From NCBI RefSeq assembly GCF_016432865.1, contig NC_067399.1, positions 496,868,001 to 496,932,000 on the forward strand: a stretch of DNA of 64,000 nucleotides. Reading direction: 5' to 3'. Below are positions 1 through 11,210 of this stretch, in pieces (the stretch's first letter is position 1; every line of letters starts with the position of its first letter). Origin of the DNA: Antechinus flavipes (taxonomy: Eukaryota). The notes beneath the pieces are model-generated. The model was given only the letters and a program-made list of their open reading frames with translations. It was not told where the DNA came from and ran no database searches. Both the position numbers and the translations under genes were made by a program.

Positions 1-484
1 TCCCCAGCGACTTACAAAGAGAGAGACAGTTACATCTTTATCTAAAAGGACTCGCTAAGGGCATGGATTCAGGTTCAGGGAGATCTTAGTTTCTAAAAAC
101 ATTCAGAAAAAAAATCGAACCCACTTGATCTTAACTTGAGACCCATCTCTCCAAAGATACCACACTCCAACTGGTGGAACAAGGGTAGGGCCAACTCCGA
201 GACACACCAAGAAGATATCACTCTTTGTGGTGTCCATTATGCCAGAAAAAGAGAGAATACCATTACAGGTGACTGGTTGAAGGAAGGAGAAGACTCATAC
301 ATTCTCACAAAGGAAAAAATGTTTGTGGTAGATGGAGAAAACCCAGAAAAGAAACTGTTTTGTAGCTGGAAAGCTTAATTAGAAAAAACTACATAAGAAT
401 TTCCTGTTATGCCCAGATGACCCTTTTCCATTTACCCTGCCCAAACTGGTACAATCCCTATCCTAGATTCAAGCTCTCCTAGAT

Positions 485-631
485 TCTCTCTCTCCCTCTC
501 TCTCCCCTCCTCTCTTCGTCCCTCTCCTCCTTCTCCCTGTTCCTCTCCTTCTCCTTCTCCTTCTCCCTCTCCCTTTCCTTTTCCCTTTCTCTCCCCTTCT
601 CCCTTTCTTTCTCCCTCCCCCCCTCTCTCCC
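485..631. repeat. Polypyrimidine (TC/TTCTCC) tract
   Basis: About 145 nt almost purely C/T. Confidence 0.9.
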
Positions 632-1907
632 TGCCACTTCTCTCCCTAGTAGACCAAGCTCCGTGATATTTAGACTGGATTGGGGCCAACAGGGAATTCA
701 AAATGTATATTGTTTTGCCAAGTATTTTTTTCCAACCACAGACACCTTTTCTGAATTTAGAAAGACAAGTCATAGTGTATCCAAGTGAACAGGTTTGTCG
801 TTTTGGTTTAGTCATGAGCTCCCTTTTACCTGAAGAAAGACCAGCACTCCAACCTGACCCTGGGGAACTCCTCCCCAAGTTAACATGGACTTTTGAGAAA
901 AAGTGAGAGAGTTCTCTCCACCATCTGTTGATATTCCAGTCCAGATTCAGGGCTGGACAGATCAAAACCACCACACTCTGCTTTATAAGCTGCTAGTGTA
1001 GGAAAACTATGTAACTCACACTTCATCCATTAGACAGGGCTGCAGCCCAGAGGAGAGAGGCCCACAGTATTTTCCTGGGCCAAAAAAATCAGTGTTTCTC
1101 CACAGCCTGCAGACAATCTCAGCTTCTTGTCTGGGTCTGTCCCCTCCAGGTTTGTATGAAGAGGGCTGGAACTAGCCTATTGCACTGCTCTATCCTCCCA
1201 AGGCTGAGTCCCCATTTTTCTCCATCTAAATTCTCAAAAAATAAGGATAAGTGGAAGAGATCATTTTCCCCCTCCCCACTACAATGCAATCAACATCAAA
1301 GGAAGACCAGAGCTGAAATCCTGAACAAAACTAAAGAAGAAGCTGGATGGGATGGCAATGGTCAAAATCACAGATTATTGCCATGATGGGAAAGAGTCAG
1401 CCACTGTAACCACAGCTGGAAATTTGAGGCTTTGGTTCCTTGATCCATCATTGGACAAAGCCATTATATCATTAAAAAAAGTCTGTGAGCTGGTCTGAAG
1501 TTGTGAATCATTAGATTCACCATTAATGTAGAATGCTGGGAGGCCCTAAACTCAAGGTGCTTATGACTTAGTTTGGAAGGGAGGTCCAATAGATAAAAGA
1601 TCAACAAGAGAGGAGAGGAAAGGGCATTCTAAGCAAGGGACCAGGAAGGAACTAGGCAGAAATTATTACTGTCTAGAAGTGGAAACTGAGACCCAAGGAC
1701 AAGGAAAGTTACACAGCTAGATGTTTGCAGAATAGCAACAAAAACCTGAGGTTCTTAAAAAACAATCCAACTCTCTAAGCCCTACTTATGCTGCCTCAGT
1801 GTTCCCTTACCCAAATCACAGGGCCGTGGAAAAAGTACTAACAAATGGTGTCCAAATACAAGTAACAAGTTCTTCTAATGACTGGAAAAAAAGACAAAGC
1901 CACTTAC

Positions 1908-1961
1908 CTTCCGGCCAGTTGGTCCCGGAGTCCCAGTCAGTCCTGGTAAGCCTATGTCTCC
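1908..1961 (-). CDS. COL27A1: COL27A1 coding exon 7, GDIGLPGLTGTPGPTGRK
   Basis: 54-nt phase-0 exon with acceptor cactttgtattttcag| and donor AAG|gtaagt. Human equivalent GDMGLPGLSGNPGPPGRK. No exon 8 found in 1-1900. Confidence 0.95.
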
Positions 1962-3733
1962 CTGAAAATACAAAGTGGGGTGATGCTATAACAGCTATTC
2001 TGGCCAGCTCTGAAACACATGAGAGGAAGGAATCGCCTGGAGGATCATCAAGCCCCCATGCAGCCATTTGTCCTTGTTTCACAGGCTCCTTTATCCTGTC
2101 AGGAAAGTCTCATCCTATGTATCAGATACATGACATTTTCTCATCTTATGGCAACTGTTCAGAGAACTGAATTGTTTCCTACTTTCTTCAAAGCACACAC
2201 CTTTAAGAGGCATTCCATCCAAGACTGCAACAATGGTTCTCTCCCTAGAGTGAGAATTTTAGATACCAGACTGCGATATCTTTAACAGAGGCTAAATTCT
2301 ACATCTTATAATGATATCCAAAGGGGAAAAGAAGTGACCAGCTGCTGCTAATTCCCATGAGGTCCACAGGGTTGGGATTTTAAACAAAGACTCCACCAGT
2401 CTTGCTCCTGCTGGAAGGGTTTCTGGGTAGCATCCAGAGGGAAGCCAGACTAACTAACTGTAAAGTTCTTTCCCTTGTATATGAGATGCTGAGTGATCTT
2501 GTTCCTGGCTATTTAGGAGGAGGGTTGGATGGCGGGGCGGGGAGTGGATTTACAGGTTTCCGGTGCTTCTGGGTGATTACCACCCTCCAACTCCTTTGGT
2601 TTATTGGGGACGTTGTAGGGATGGATTAAATCCTCTGGCACAAGTCATTTCTATTTTATGACTTCAATGTACAGAATCCCAGGCCTCCCGGCTTTTCAGC
2701 CTCACAGAGCTCTTTATTATGTGATTTAAGTGATTGGACTGATGGTTGCCTTTTCCTACATAAAGGCAACTAACACACATCTCTAATAACTAATGAAAGT
2801 GGAGAGCCAGAGCTTCGGGCAGGGTTTCCCACTGCAGCTGGGAGTACAGTATTCCCAGGAACACCTGGAGGAAAGGCATGCTCAGAAAAAGGGGCTAAGA
2901 GCCTTATGATTCCCCAGCTTTGGTGTCAGGGAAGCAGGGTACAAAGGAAAAAGGAAGCTACACAAAAAGGTATTCACAGGGTTCCCAAGAGTGAGAAGGG
3001 AGCTCAGGGGCTGCTCATAATACTTATCACAGGGATCATAGGAAATCACTGGCAGGGACCTTAGCAAGACTGTGTCATCACCTAGTCCAGCTTTTTGATT
3101 TTAAAGATGCAAAAAACCCAAGGTGAAAGAAGTGAAGAAGCATCATACCTAAAAAACACACATAAATAAATAAATGTTGAAGCCAAGATTCAAACTCACC
3201 AAACCCAGTGCTCTTTCTACTACATTATATGACCCAGACTTCCAGGATGCCTTCCAGAAGAAGGATGACTGGCAAAGCACGGGGGATTTAACAAAGATGG
3301 GGGCCTGCTGTTTAAATGATGGTCTAGGAAAGCTATTTCATTGGGTAACTCTGACAGCCTTACAAATGAGAGGCAGTCCGACCACCTACATGAGCTTTTT
3401 CTTTTCAGTTAACTGTCTGCCCCAGAAAGAATTTAGGTAGAAAGTCTACATAATCAATATTTTGCCTTGACATAAATCATCACTTACCCAAACTGGGAAG
3501 GTGAACACTTCTTAGAAAGGAAATTAACATCTTATAAAGCTGAAGATAATTGCAGCATTTTCTAGTTTGGGGCTGCTTGGAGGTAACTAAATCGGTACTC
3601 TTGGGGTCTGAGGATTAATGGGATTTGTATCTGCTGAGTTAGGTGGTTAGGAAAAAAAAAACCTAAAGCCTTGTTGACATCAGCTGATAATACCAACTCT
3701 TTCACCACCATCCCCACATCAGAGCAGACCTAC

Positions 3734-3787
3734 CTTGTCACCGTCATAGGCTTTTCCAGGGGATAGCCCAGGATCTCCTTTTTGTCC
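3734..3787 (-). CDS. COL27A1: COL27A1 coding exon 6, GQKGDPGLSPGKAYDGDK
   Basis: 54-nt phase-0 exon with acceptor ttttttctgttgttgtag| and donor AAG|gtaggt. Human equivalent GQKGDPGLSPGKAHDGAK. Confidence 0.95.
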
Positions 3788-4678
3788 CTACAACAACAGA
3801 AAAAATCCAGTTTGTGACCATGTTAGGAAAGATTCCTCCCCTGAAAGCTTCGCTCCGAGATGTCCCTTATTGTCAGAAAATGGAGGCTCCCTCCAGTCTC
3901 TCCCACATACCTCCTGACTGAAAGAAGGACCTCAACTACTCCACCTGGCTTCTGGCCAGCTTTAACTCTGTTGTCAGCCTATCAATCTGGTCCACCACTT
4001 GTCACCTCAACCCAGCTACTGAATCCTAGCCCCTTCTAGCTTCATCTCCTCTGTTAGTTCTCAGTCAGGTTCCCTGTGAAGCAAGAAATACCTTCTGACC
4101 CTCCTCTTGAGGGCATCTCAAGCACACACTGTCTCCACTCTATTTGACATGATTATCCTTTAATTTGTTGGTACCCAGCAAGTTAATACCCCTTCAGCGG
4201 CACACTGTGATGCATTAGGGCTAGCACAGTCATATTAATAATATCTGACATTTTTACAGGTTTTGGAATATATTACTTTCCTCATAATAAACCATGAGGT
4301 GATACAACTATTTTATTCTCGTTTTATGATTTATACTTCTATATTATATTTATATTATACTCACTTTAGAATACTGAGGGCTTAAAGAGTTTATGTAACC
4401 ATTCCAAAGTTGTAGAATATGTTTCAGAGAAAAGATACAAACCTAAATCTTCTGGCTCCAAATTTAACACTCTTTTTTTCTCTAACAATCTTTTGTTCTC
4501 CAAAATTGTCTCGAATTTATTTTATGTTTGTATACACATGTGTATATATCTAAATACCTAAATATATTTGTTTCCATATACATATAACACATATTCATAC
4601 TTGTATATACCATATGTGTGTGGTATCACTATGAAATTATTTTTCAGTTGCGTCTGGCTCCTTATATCTCCACGTGGG

Positions 4679-4845
4679 TTTTTTTTTTTTTTTGGGGGGG
4701 GCGCAAAGATACTCCTTCTCCAGCTCAGGAAACAGATTAAGTGACTTGCCCAGGATCACATAGCCAGTAAGTGTCTGAGACCTATTATATCTTAACTCAG
4801 GAAGATGAATCTTCCGGACTCCAGACCTGGCACTTCACCTAACTT
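4679..4845 (-). mobile_element. WSINE1/MAR-type SINE
   Basis: T run followed by ttaagtgacttgcccaggatcacatagccagtaagtgtctgag...ggactccagacctggcac. Confidence 0.7.
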
Positions 4846-5734
4846 ATATCTAAACACATACACATGTATATTTGTGTGTCTTGTAGATATGTGCACATGT
4901 GTGTGCATATAACACATATGCACATGTATATATAGATAGATATTGAATAAATAGCCTATGAATATACCCGTTTCCCCTATAGAATGTAGGCTCTATTTTA
5001 TCTTGTATCACCAGCACCTAGCATGCCTAGCACATAACTAGTGCTTGATAAATGCTTGTTGATCGATTGTTTTTAAATTATTGTCAATTAATTTGCTCCA
5101 AATTCTAAGATATTATGCTGCTGATTGATGGCACAGGGAGAAGCAGTTAGTCTCTGAGATGGAAGGGAATGCCTTTCACAGATTGAGCCAAAGTCCTCTG
5201 TGAATAATAGGCAGAAACATAGGATCAAACAGCCTCAAGGTTTGGCTGAGCATCCAAAAACAGGTGGATGTTCCAAAAACACATTAAACACTCAGGTCAG
5301 CAGGGAGCATGGAAAGGCAGAACTAGATGCCTCCTTAGCTGGATCAGTTGAGAGTCATTCCCTAATGCTATCACTTTTGGTTGTTTCTAGCTTATCTGAA
5401 GGGATTTTAGGAACACAGCAACCACAATCTCTTTGGAATCCCACCTATACCAAGATTTCTTTATTATAATTTTTTCCCTAATTACAAACCTGAAGTAACA
5501 CCCATCCTTATTTCTCTGTCATTACTGACTGGGCCTTAGCTGTATGCACTTTGATTTTTAGCATTCTTTATCCTCCTGGATAAAAACTCACATTCAAATA
5601 ATTTGGAATTATTCAAAGAATGTGACTATATTAAAGCAAGCATCATATGCAATGAGGATACACAAGAACGTTTTCCAATAAATATGAGTCAGTCAAAGAG
5701 ACCCACTCTCCTTCTATTATTTATGTACTTCTGG

Positions 5735-6670
5735 AAGTGCAATAACACTAAGACAAGAAAAAGAAATTGAAAAATGGATAAAGAGGAGGAAAAAAAAACT
5801 ATCCCTCTTTGCTGATGTTATGATGGTATACTTGGAAAATCCTAGTGAATCAGCAAAAGTACTAATTGAGATAATGAATGGCTTTAGCAGCAATGCAGGC
5901 TACAAAGTAAACTCTCAAACATCAACTACATTTCTATAAAATAAGAAAATCTAAGAGGCAATAATAGAAAAGGAAATTCCATTACAAGTAATTACAAAAT
6001 GCACCAAGTATTTGGGAATCAATCTACCAAAGCACACAAAAGACTTGTATAGGTTCAATTACAAAGTGCTCTTTAAAGAAATAAAAGACAAATTAAGAAA
6101 GGATTATTCTTATTCCCAGAGAAATATTTAGTACACCAATATAATGCCAAAATAATACAAATAACAATACAACCAAAGTTAACTTACATTTTTGATGTCA
6201 TAACAAATATCAAACGAATATATTATAGCACTTCATAAAATAATAAAATTCATTTAGAAAAATGAAAGATCTATAAAACCAAAGGAAATTATGGGGGAAA
6301 GTAGGAACAAAGTAGGAATCATACATCCAGATCTTAAACTATTTTATAAGGCAGTAGTCATAAAAATCATTTGGTATTGGTTTAAAAACAGCATTCAATG
6401 GAACAGACTAGAGAAGGGAGAATAAGAAACAATAGAATTCAATAACCCAGTGTTTGATCATCTCAAATCATAAATTACTTAGGAAAGAACTCCCTATTTG
6501 AGAGGAAAACTGCTAGTAAAACTGGGAAGCATTCTGGTAGAAATTAGATTTAGCCCAACACCTTATACCATATTCCATAATACAGTCTAAAAGGATACAT
6601 GACCTAAATATTAAAGGTCATACTATTAAAAATTAGAAAAGAAACAGATCATATACTTTTCTATGGGTAG
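5735..6670 (+). mobile_element. LINE-1 ORF2 fragment (reverse transcriptase region), decayed
   Basis: Translates to KLSLFADVMMVYLENPSESAKVLIEIMNGFSSNAGYKVN, matching L1 RT SLFADDMIVYLENP. Interrupted by frameshifts and stops. Confidence 0.85.
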
Positions 6671-6672
6671 GA

Positions 6673-7804
6673 TCAATTAGTCAATTAAATATTTGTTAAG
6701 TATTTTCTATATACTAGGTACCATGCTAAGAACTGGACATACAAAAAGAGGCAAAAGACCTCTCAAAAAACTTATAATCTAATGAGGAGGTAAAATGCAA
6801 ATAAATATGTACAAAAGCAAACTATATACAGGATAAATAGGAAATAATCAACAGAGAGAAGGCACTAGAATGAAGAGGTATTGGTCAAAATTTCCTGTAG
6901 AGGGTAGGATTTTATCTGGCACTTAAGTGCCAGGGAAAGAAAGCCAACGAAGGCAGAGATGAGGAAGATGAGCATTCCAGAATGGGACAGAGCTAGAGAA
7001 AATGTCTGGAGCTGAGAGATGGAGTGTCTCTCTTATTTGTGGAACAGCCAGGAAGCTAGTGTCAGTGTATTGAAGAGTATGTATTGGGGAGTAAAGGGTA
7101 AGAACACCAAAAAAGGTAGGAAGGAGTGAGGTTATGGAAGGTTTCAAAGTCTTCTGTCAAAAAGATCATTTTGTAATTAATCCTAGAGGATAATGGAGGA
7201 GAGAGTAGCAAAAGGTATCTGGGTGATAGGAGATGGGAAAGACGCTCACAGAGAATAGTTTCAAATATTTTGTTGTAAAATATGAGGCAGAGTTCTCACC
7301 TCAGGGTAGAGAGGAAAGAGGAAGTCATAGGAGATCTTAAGATGAAAAGAGCTACATGAGCTGCTGTGGAAAGTGGGATAATGAGTTGACAAGAGAGATA
7401 TAGAAGGATTGCCAAGTAGCAGTGAGGGCCATGTGAAATTGTATAACAAATTTAGAATGGACTCATAACAGTTGTATGATTTTTCTCCATCTTTGTTATT
7501 CAGCATGATATAAAGGATCAAAGGTGATGACTGGTGAGCTAAGACAGAGGCTCAGCAAGGAGCAATCAGTGAAATTATGAGGAAGCCAAGAATTCAAGAA
7601 AGAAGGACAATGTGTGGTTGAATTAGTTCACTAAGGGGTCAAAATGGATAAAAGGGGGAACTAATGAAGGGAAGATATCCTGGGAAAGAATTGAAGGGTA
7701 AAGGATAGGATATGTGTTTTTAACATATTATAGGACAAATAGACTTATGATGGAAAGAGTCATCTGCACCCAAAGAGAAAACTATGGAGACTAAATGGAT
7801 CAAT
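6673..7804 (-). mobile_element. LINE-2 3' portion
   Basis: Starts with the reverse-complemented L2 tail (tcaattagtcaattaaatatttgttaag) and continues in the purine-rich antisense L2 pattern into the gap. Confidence 0.7.
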
Positions 7805-7981
7805 NNNNNNNNNNNNNNNNNNNNNNNNNNNNNNNNNNNNNNNNNNNNNNNNNNNNNNNNNNNNNNNNNNNNNNNNNNNNNNNNNNNNNNNNNNNNNNNN
7901 NNNNNNNNNNNNNNNNNNNNNNNNNNNNNNNNNNNNNNNNNNNNNNNNNNNNNNNNNNNNNNNNNNNNNNNNNNNNNNNNN
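7805..7981. other. Assembly gap (177 N)
   Basis: Run of n. Confidence 0.99.
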
Positions 7982-7994
7982 TTCCTCATGGTTT

Positions 7995-9170
7995 TTTCCT
8001 TTTAGTTAGTAAAAGAATTTGGTATCTAAGATACATAAATAATTGAGACAGTTTATATTTAATATACATATATGTATATATTTATGTGATATATTTTTAT
8101 AGACACACATACACACATGGCCAAAAACCATTCTCCAGTAAATATGCCATCAAAAATGTGTATAATTCTCAAAAGAAAAACTGCAAACTCTTAATAGCCT
8201 CATGCAAATACACTCCAAATTACTAATAATAAGAGAAATCCAAATCAAAATAATCCTGAGTTTACAAACTCACATTCTGCAAATTGACAAAGATGACAAA
8301 AAATGGCAACAGTCAATATTGGGAGAAATGAAGGAAGATAGGCACACTGGTACATATAAATATGACTATTTTGGAAAACAAGTTGGAGTTATGTGTACAA
8401 ATTTGTAGCAACAGTTTTGTGATTGCAAAGAATTGGAAACAAGTTGAATAGCCATTAATTGGGGGATGGTTAAACCTGTTGTGGTACAAGAATACAATGA
8501 AATATTACTCTGCTGTAAGAAATGATGAATGTGATGAATACAGAGAAGCACAGAAAGACCTACATAAATTGATGCAGAGTGAAGTAAGCAGAGAGAGAAA
8601 AAAATATACACAGTGATTTTGTTGATAAGCCATATCCAGTGGACTCATCCATGTATCTTAGCAAAGATACTGGAGAGGTTTGCCATTCCTTCTCCAATGT
8701 GTCTCCATTTTATAGATGAGTATCTGAAGCAAATAGGAATTAAGTGACTTGCCCAGAGACACATAGCTAGTAAATGTTTAAGGCTGGATTTTAACACAGG
8801 ACTTCCTAACTGAGACCAGAACTCCATCCACTTTACTTATCACCTAGCTACCCGACACAATGGCTATAACAATGCAAATGAAAACAAAAACCACATTAAA
8901 AAGTCAAAAGTGAATGTAATAAAATGATAAAGATCAAGCATGATTTGAAAGAAGAAATATAAGAAGACACTCAGACTGGTTTGGAGGTCTATAAATGTTG
9001 CACATCACATATGTTTTCATATTTTTTCTATGTATTTATGTCAATTTTTCCTCTTCTTTACTGTTGGTTACTATTTGTTATATAGAATAGCTCTCTGGAA
9101 GGGAAAGAGGAAGGATACTAGGAAAAATATGGCAACGTAGAGAAAAAGACATCAATAAAAACTTATTTTT
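7995..9170 (+). mobile_element. LINE-1 ORF2 C-terminal part and 3' UTR (continuation of the 5735-6670 element)
   Basis: ORF 8202-8408 SKLLIIREIQIKIIL matches L1 SLIIREMQIKTTL. Marsupial-type 3' tail ends aaagacatcaataaaaac. Confidence 0.75.
8615..8853 (-). mobile_element. MAR1-type SINE (CORE plus RTE-like tail) inserted in L1
   Basis: gcaaagatactggagaggtttgccattccttctcc tail, followed by the CORE and head in reverse (aagtgacttgcccag...cacctagctaccc). Confidence 0.75.
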
Positions 9171-9189
9171 TTAAGTGACTACATCCTTT

Positions 9190-9620
9190 GACTAAAAGTT
9201 GCTTATAGCCTGGCCTCATACCCCAAAGGGAGATCACTAATAAAAAAGAAAGTCTTTATATCCATCAAAATTGTAGCAATTGGAGTAGTAAAAAATTAGA
9301 AACAAAGTAGATGGTCTTCATTTGGGGAATGATAAACAAGTTGGTCCAGTAATCTAATGGAATATTAGTATCCTCTAAGAAACAATGAATATGATTAATC
9401 CAGAAAAGCATGGGAAGATTTAAATAAACTGATGGAACATGAAATAATAAGCAGAACTGGCGGGGGGAGAAAAATCCCACATACTAAAAAATATTTATAG
9501 CAATCCTTACTGTAGTAACAAAGAAATGTTGCAAAATGGAATAAACAGAACTAGAAAAAAACAACAATATATACAATGATCATAACCATATAAATGGAAA
9601 AAACAATGAAACAGTTAAAA
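9190..9620 (+). mobile_element. Second LINE-1 3' fragment
   Basis: Repeats the L1 3' motifs seen at 8400-8600 (gaaacaaagtagatgg...catttgggga...gcatgggaagatttaaataaactgatg). Confidence 0.55.
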
Positions 9621-9639
9621 AGCTGTGAGCTTTTGTGAG

Positions 9640-9722
9640 CACTGACTCTGGAGTCAGGAGGACTTGAGTTCAAATCTAGACTCAGTCACTTAACTTGGGC
9701 AGGTCACTTAACTCCAATTGTT
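9640..9722 (+). mobile_element. WSINE1-like fragment
   Basis: ctggagtcaggaggacttgagttcaaatc...gggcaggtcacttaactccaattg, running into a GGAA microsatellite. Confidence 0.65.
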
Positions 9723-9822
9723 GGAAGGAAGGAAGGAGGGAAAGAAGGAAGGAACAGATGGAGAGAAGGAAGGATGGAGGAAGGAATGAAAGGAAGGATG
9801 GAGGGAAAGAAGGATGGAGGAA
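9723..9822. repeat. (GGAA)n-type microsatellite running into a gap
   Basis: ggaaggaaggaaggagggaaagaaggaagg... Confidence 0.9.
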
Positions 9823-10457
9823 NNNNNNNNNNNNNNNNNNNNNNNNNNNNNNNNNNNNNNNNNNNNNNNNNNNNNNNNNNNNNNNNNNNNNNNNNNNNNN
9901 NNNNNNNNNNNNNNNNNNNNNNNNNNNNNNNNNNNNNNNNNNNNNNNNNNNNNNNNNNNNNNNNNNNNNNNNNNNNNNNNNNNNNNNNNNNNNNNNNNNN
10001 NNNNNNNNNNNNNNNNNNNNNNNNNNNNNNNNNNNNNNNNNNNNNNNNNNNNNNNNNNNNNNNNNNNNNNNNNNNNNNNNNNNNNNNNNNNNNNNNNNNN
10101 NNNNNNNNNNNNNNNNNNNNNNNNNNNNNNNNNNNNNNNNNNNNNNNNNNNNNNNNNNNNNNNNNNNNNNNNNNNNNNNNNNNNNNNNNNNNNNNNNNNN
10201 NNNNNNNNNNNNNNNNNNNNNNNNNNNNNNNNNNNNNNNNNNNNNNNNNNNNNNNNNNNNNNNNNNNNNNNNNNNNNNNNNNNNNNNNNNNNNNNNNNNN
10301 NNNNNNNNNNNNNNNNNNNNNNNNNNNNNNNNNNNNNNNNNNNNNNNNNNNNNNNNNNNNNNNNNNNNNNNNNNNNNNNNNNNNNNNNNNNNNNNNNNNN
10401 NNNNNNNNNNNNNNNNNNNNNNNNNNNNNNNNNNNNNNNNNNNNNNNNNNNNNNNNN
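9823..10457. other. Assembly gap (635 N)
   Basis: Run of n. Confidence 0.99.
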
Positions 10458-10879
10458 AACAGCCAAGCCCCAAAGAAGATACACAAGAAGGCATTATTCT
10501 ACCATTTATTGCAGAGATGGAGATGTGGGATGTGGAATGATGTGTAGAATGTTAGATTCCTTTGAGGCAAGCAACAAGAAGAGATAGTACCTGCTTAATA
10601 AATACTTGTTGACTGACTGATTGATTGATTGCTGAAATGTTTTCTCCATTCTGCTCTTTTTTATTCTTTTATTGTAAAGGGATGGCTCTCTGGAGATGAA
10701 GGAGAGACACACAACAAGAAGCTCACATGATGTAAAATGAAGATATCAACAAAAACTCATTTTTAAAGATCACATCCAGGCTTCTCCACTTTATCTCAAG
10801 CCAAGAACATTACATTAGTTTCTCTTCCTTCTTTTGAGCTCAGCTATTCCAACTTCTCGTCTCTACAGCACAATGGAAT

Positions 10880-11210
10880 GTTTTCTGACTCATTCAGAAT
10901 ATGAGTTCAAATCCTAGCTCAGATACTTAGCTATGCAACCCTGGGCAAATCACATAATCTCTGCTAGCTTCATTTTTCTTATGGAGATAATAATAGTGTC
11001 TACCTCACAGGGTTGTTATCTATAAAGTGCTTTATGAAGGTTAAATGCTCTACAAATGTTAGCTGTCATTTATTCTTAGAAAATTAGAACTTGAAGCAAT
11101 ACCTGGACTGATCTTTTCATAAAATAGATAAGGAAACTGAGACCCAGAGATCAGAAGGTCCAAGATCACACAGCTGATTAAATTAGGATCAGAACCCAGA
11201 TGTTCTGACA
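10880..11210. mobile_element. Two MIR elements in opposite orientation
   Basis: gagttcaaatcctagctcag...ctacctcacagggttgtt on plus. ggaaactgagacccaga...tccaagatcacacagct is the reverse-orientation core. Confidence 0.7.

Noticed and set aside
1-1907. Exon 8 and intronic miR-455
   Set aside because: Neither a GHKGYPG-like exon nor the miR-455 sequence was seen. Both are expected further downstream, outside this window.
7720-10587. Long ORFs full of X
   Set aside because: They span assembly gaps.
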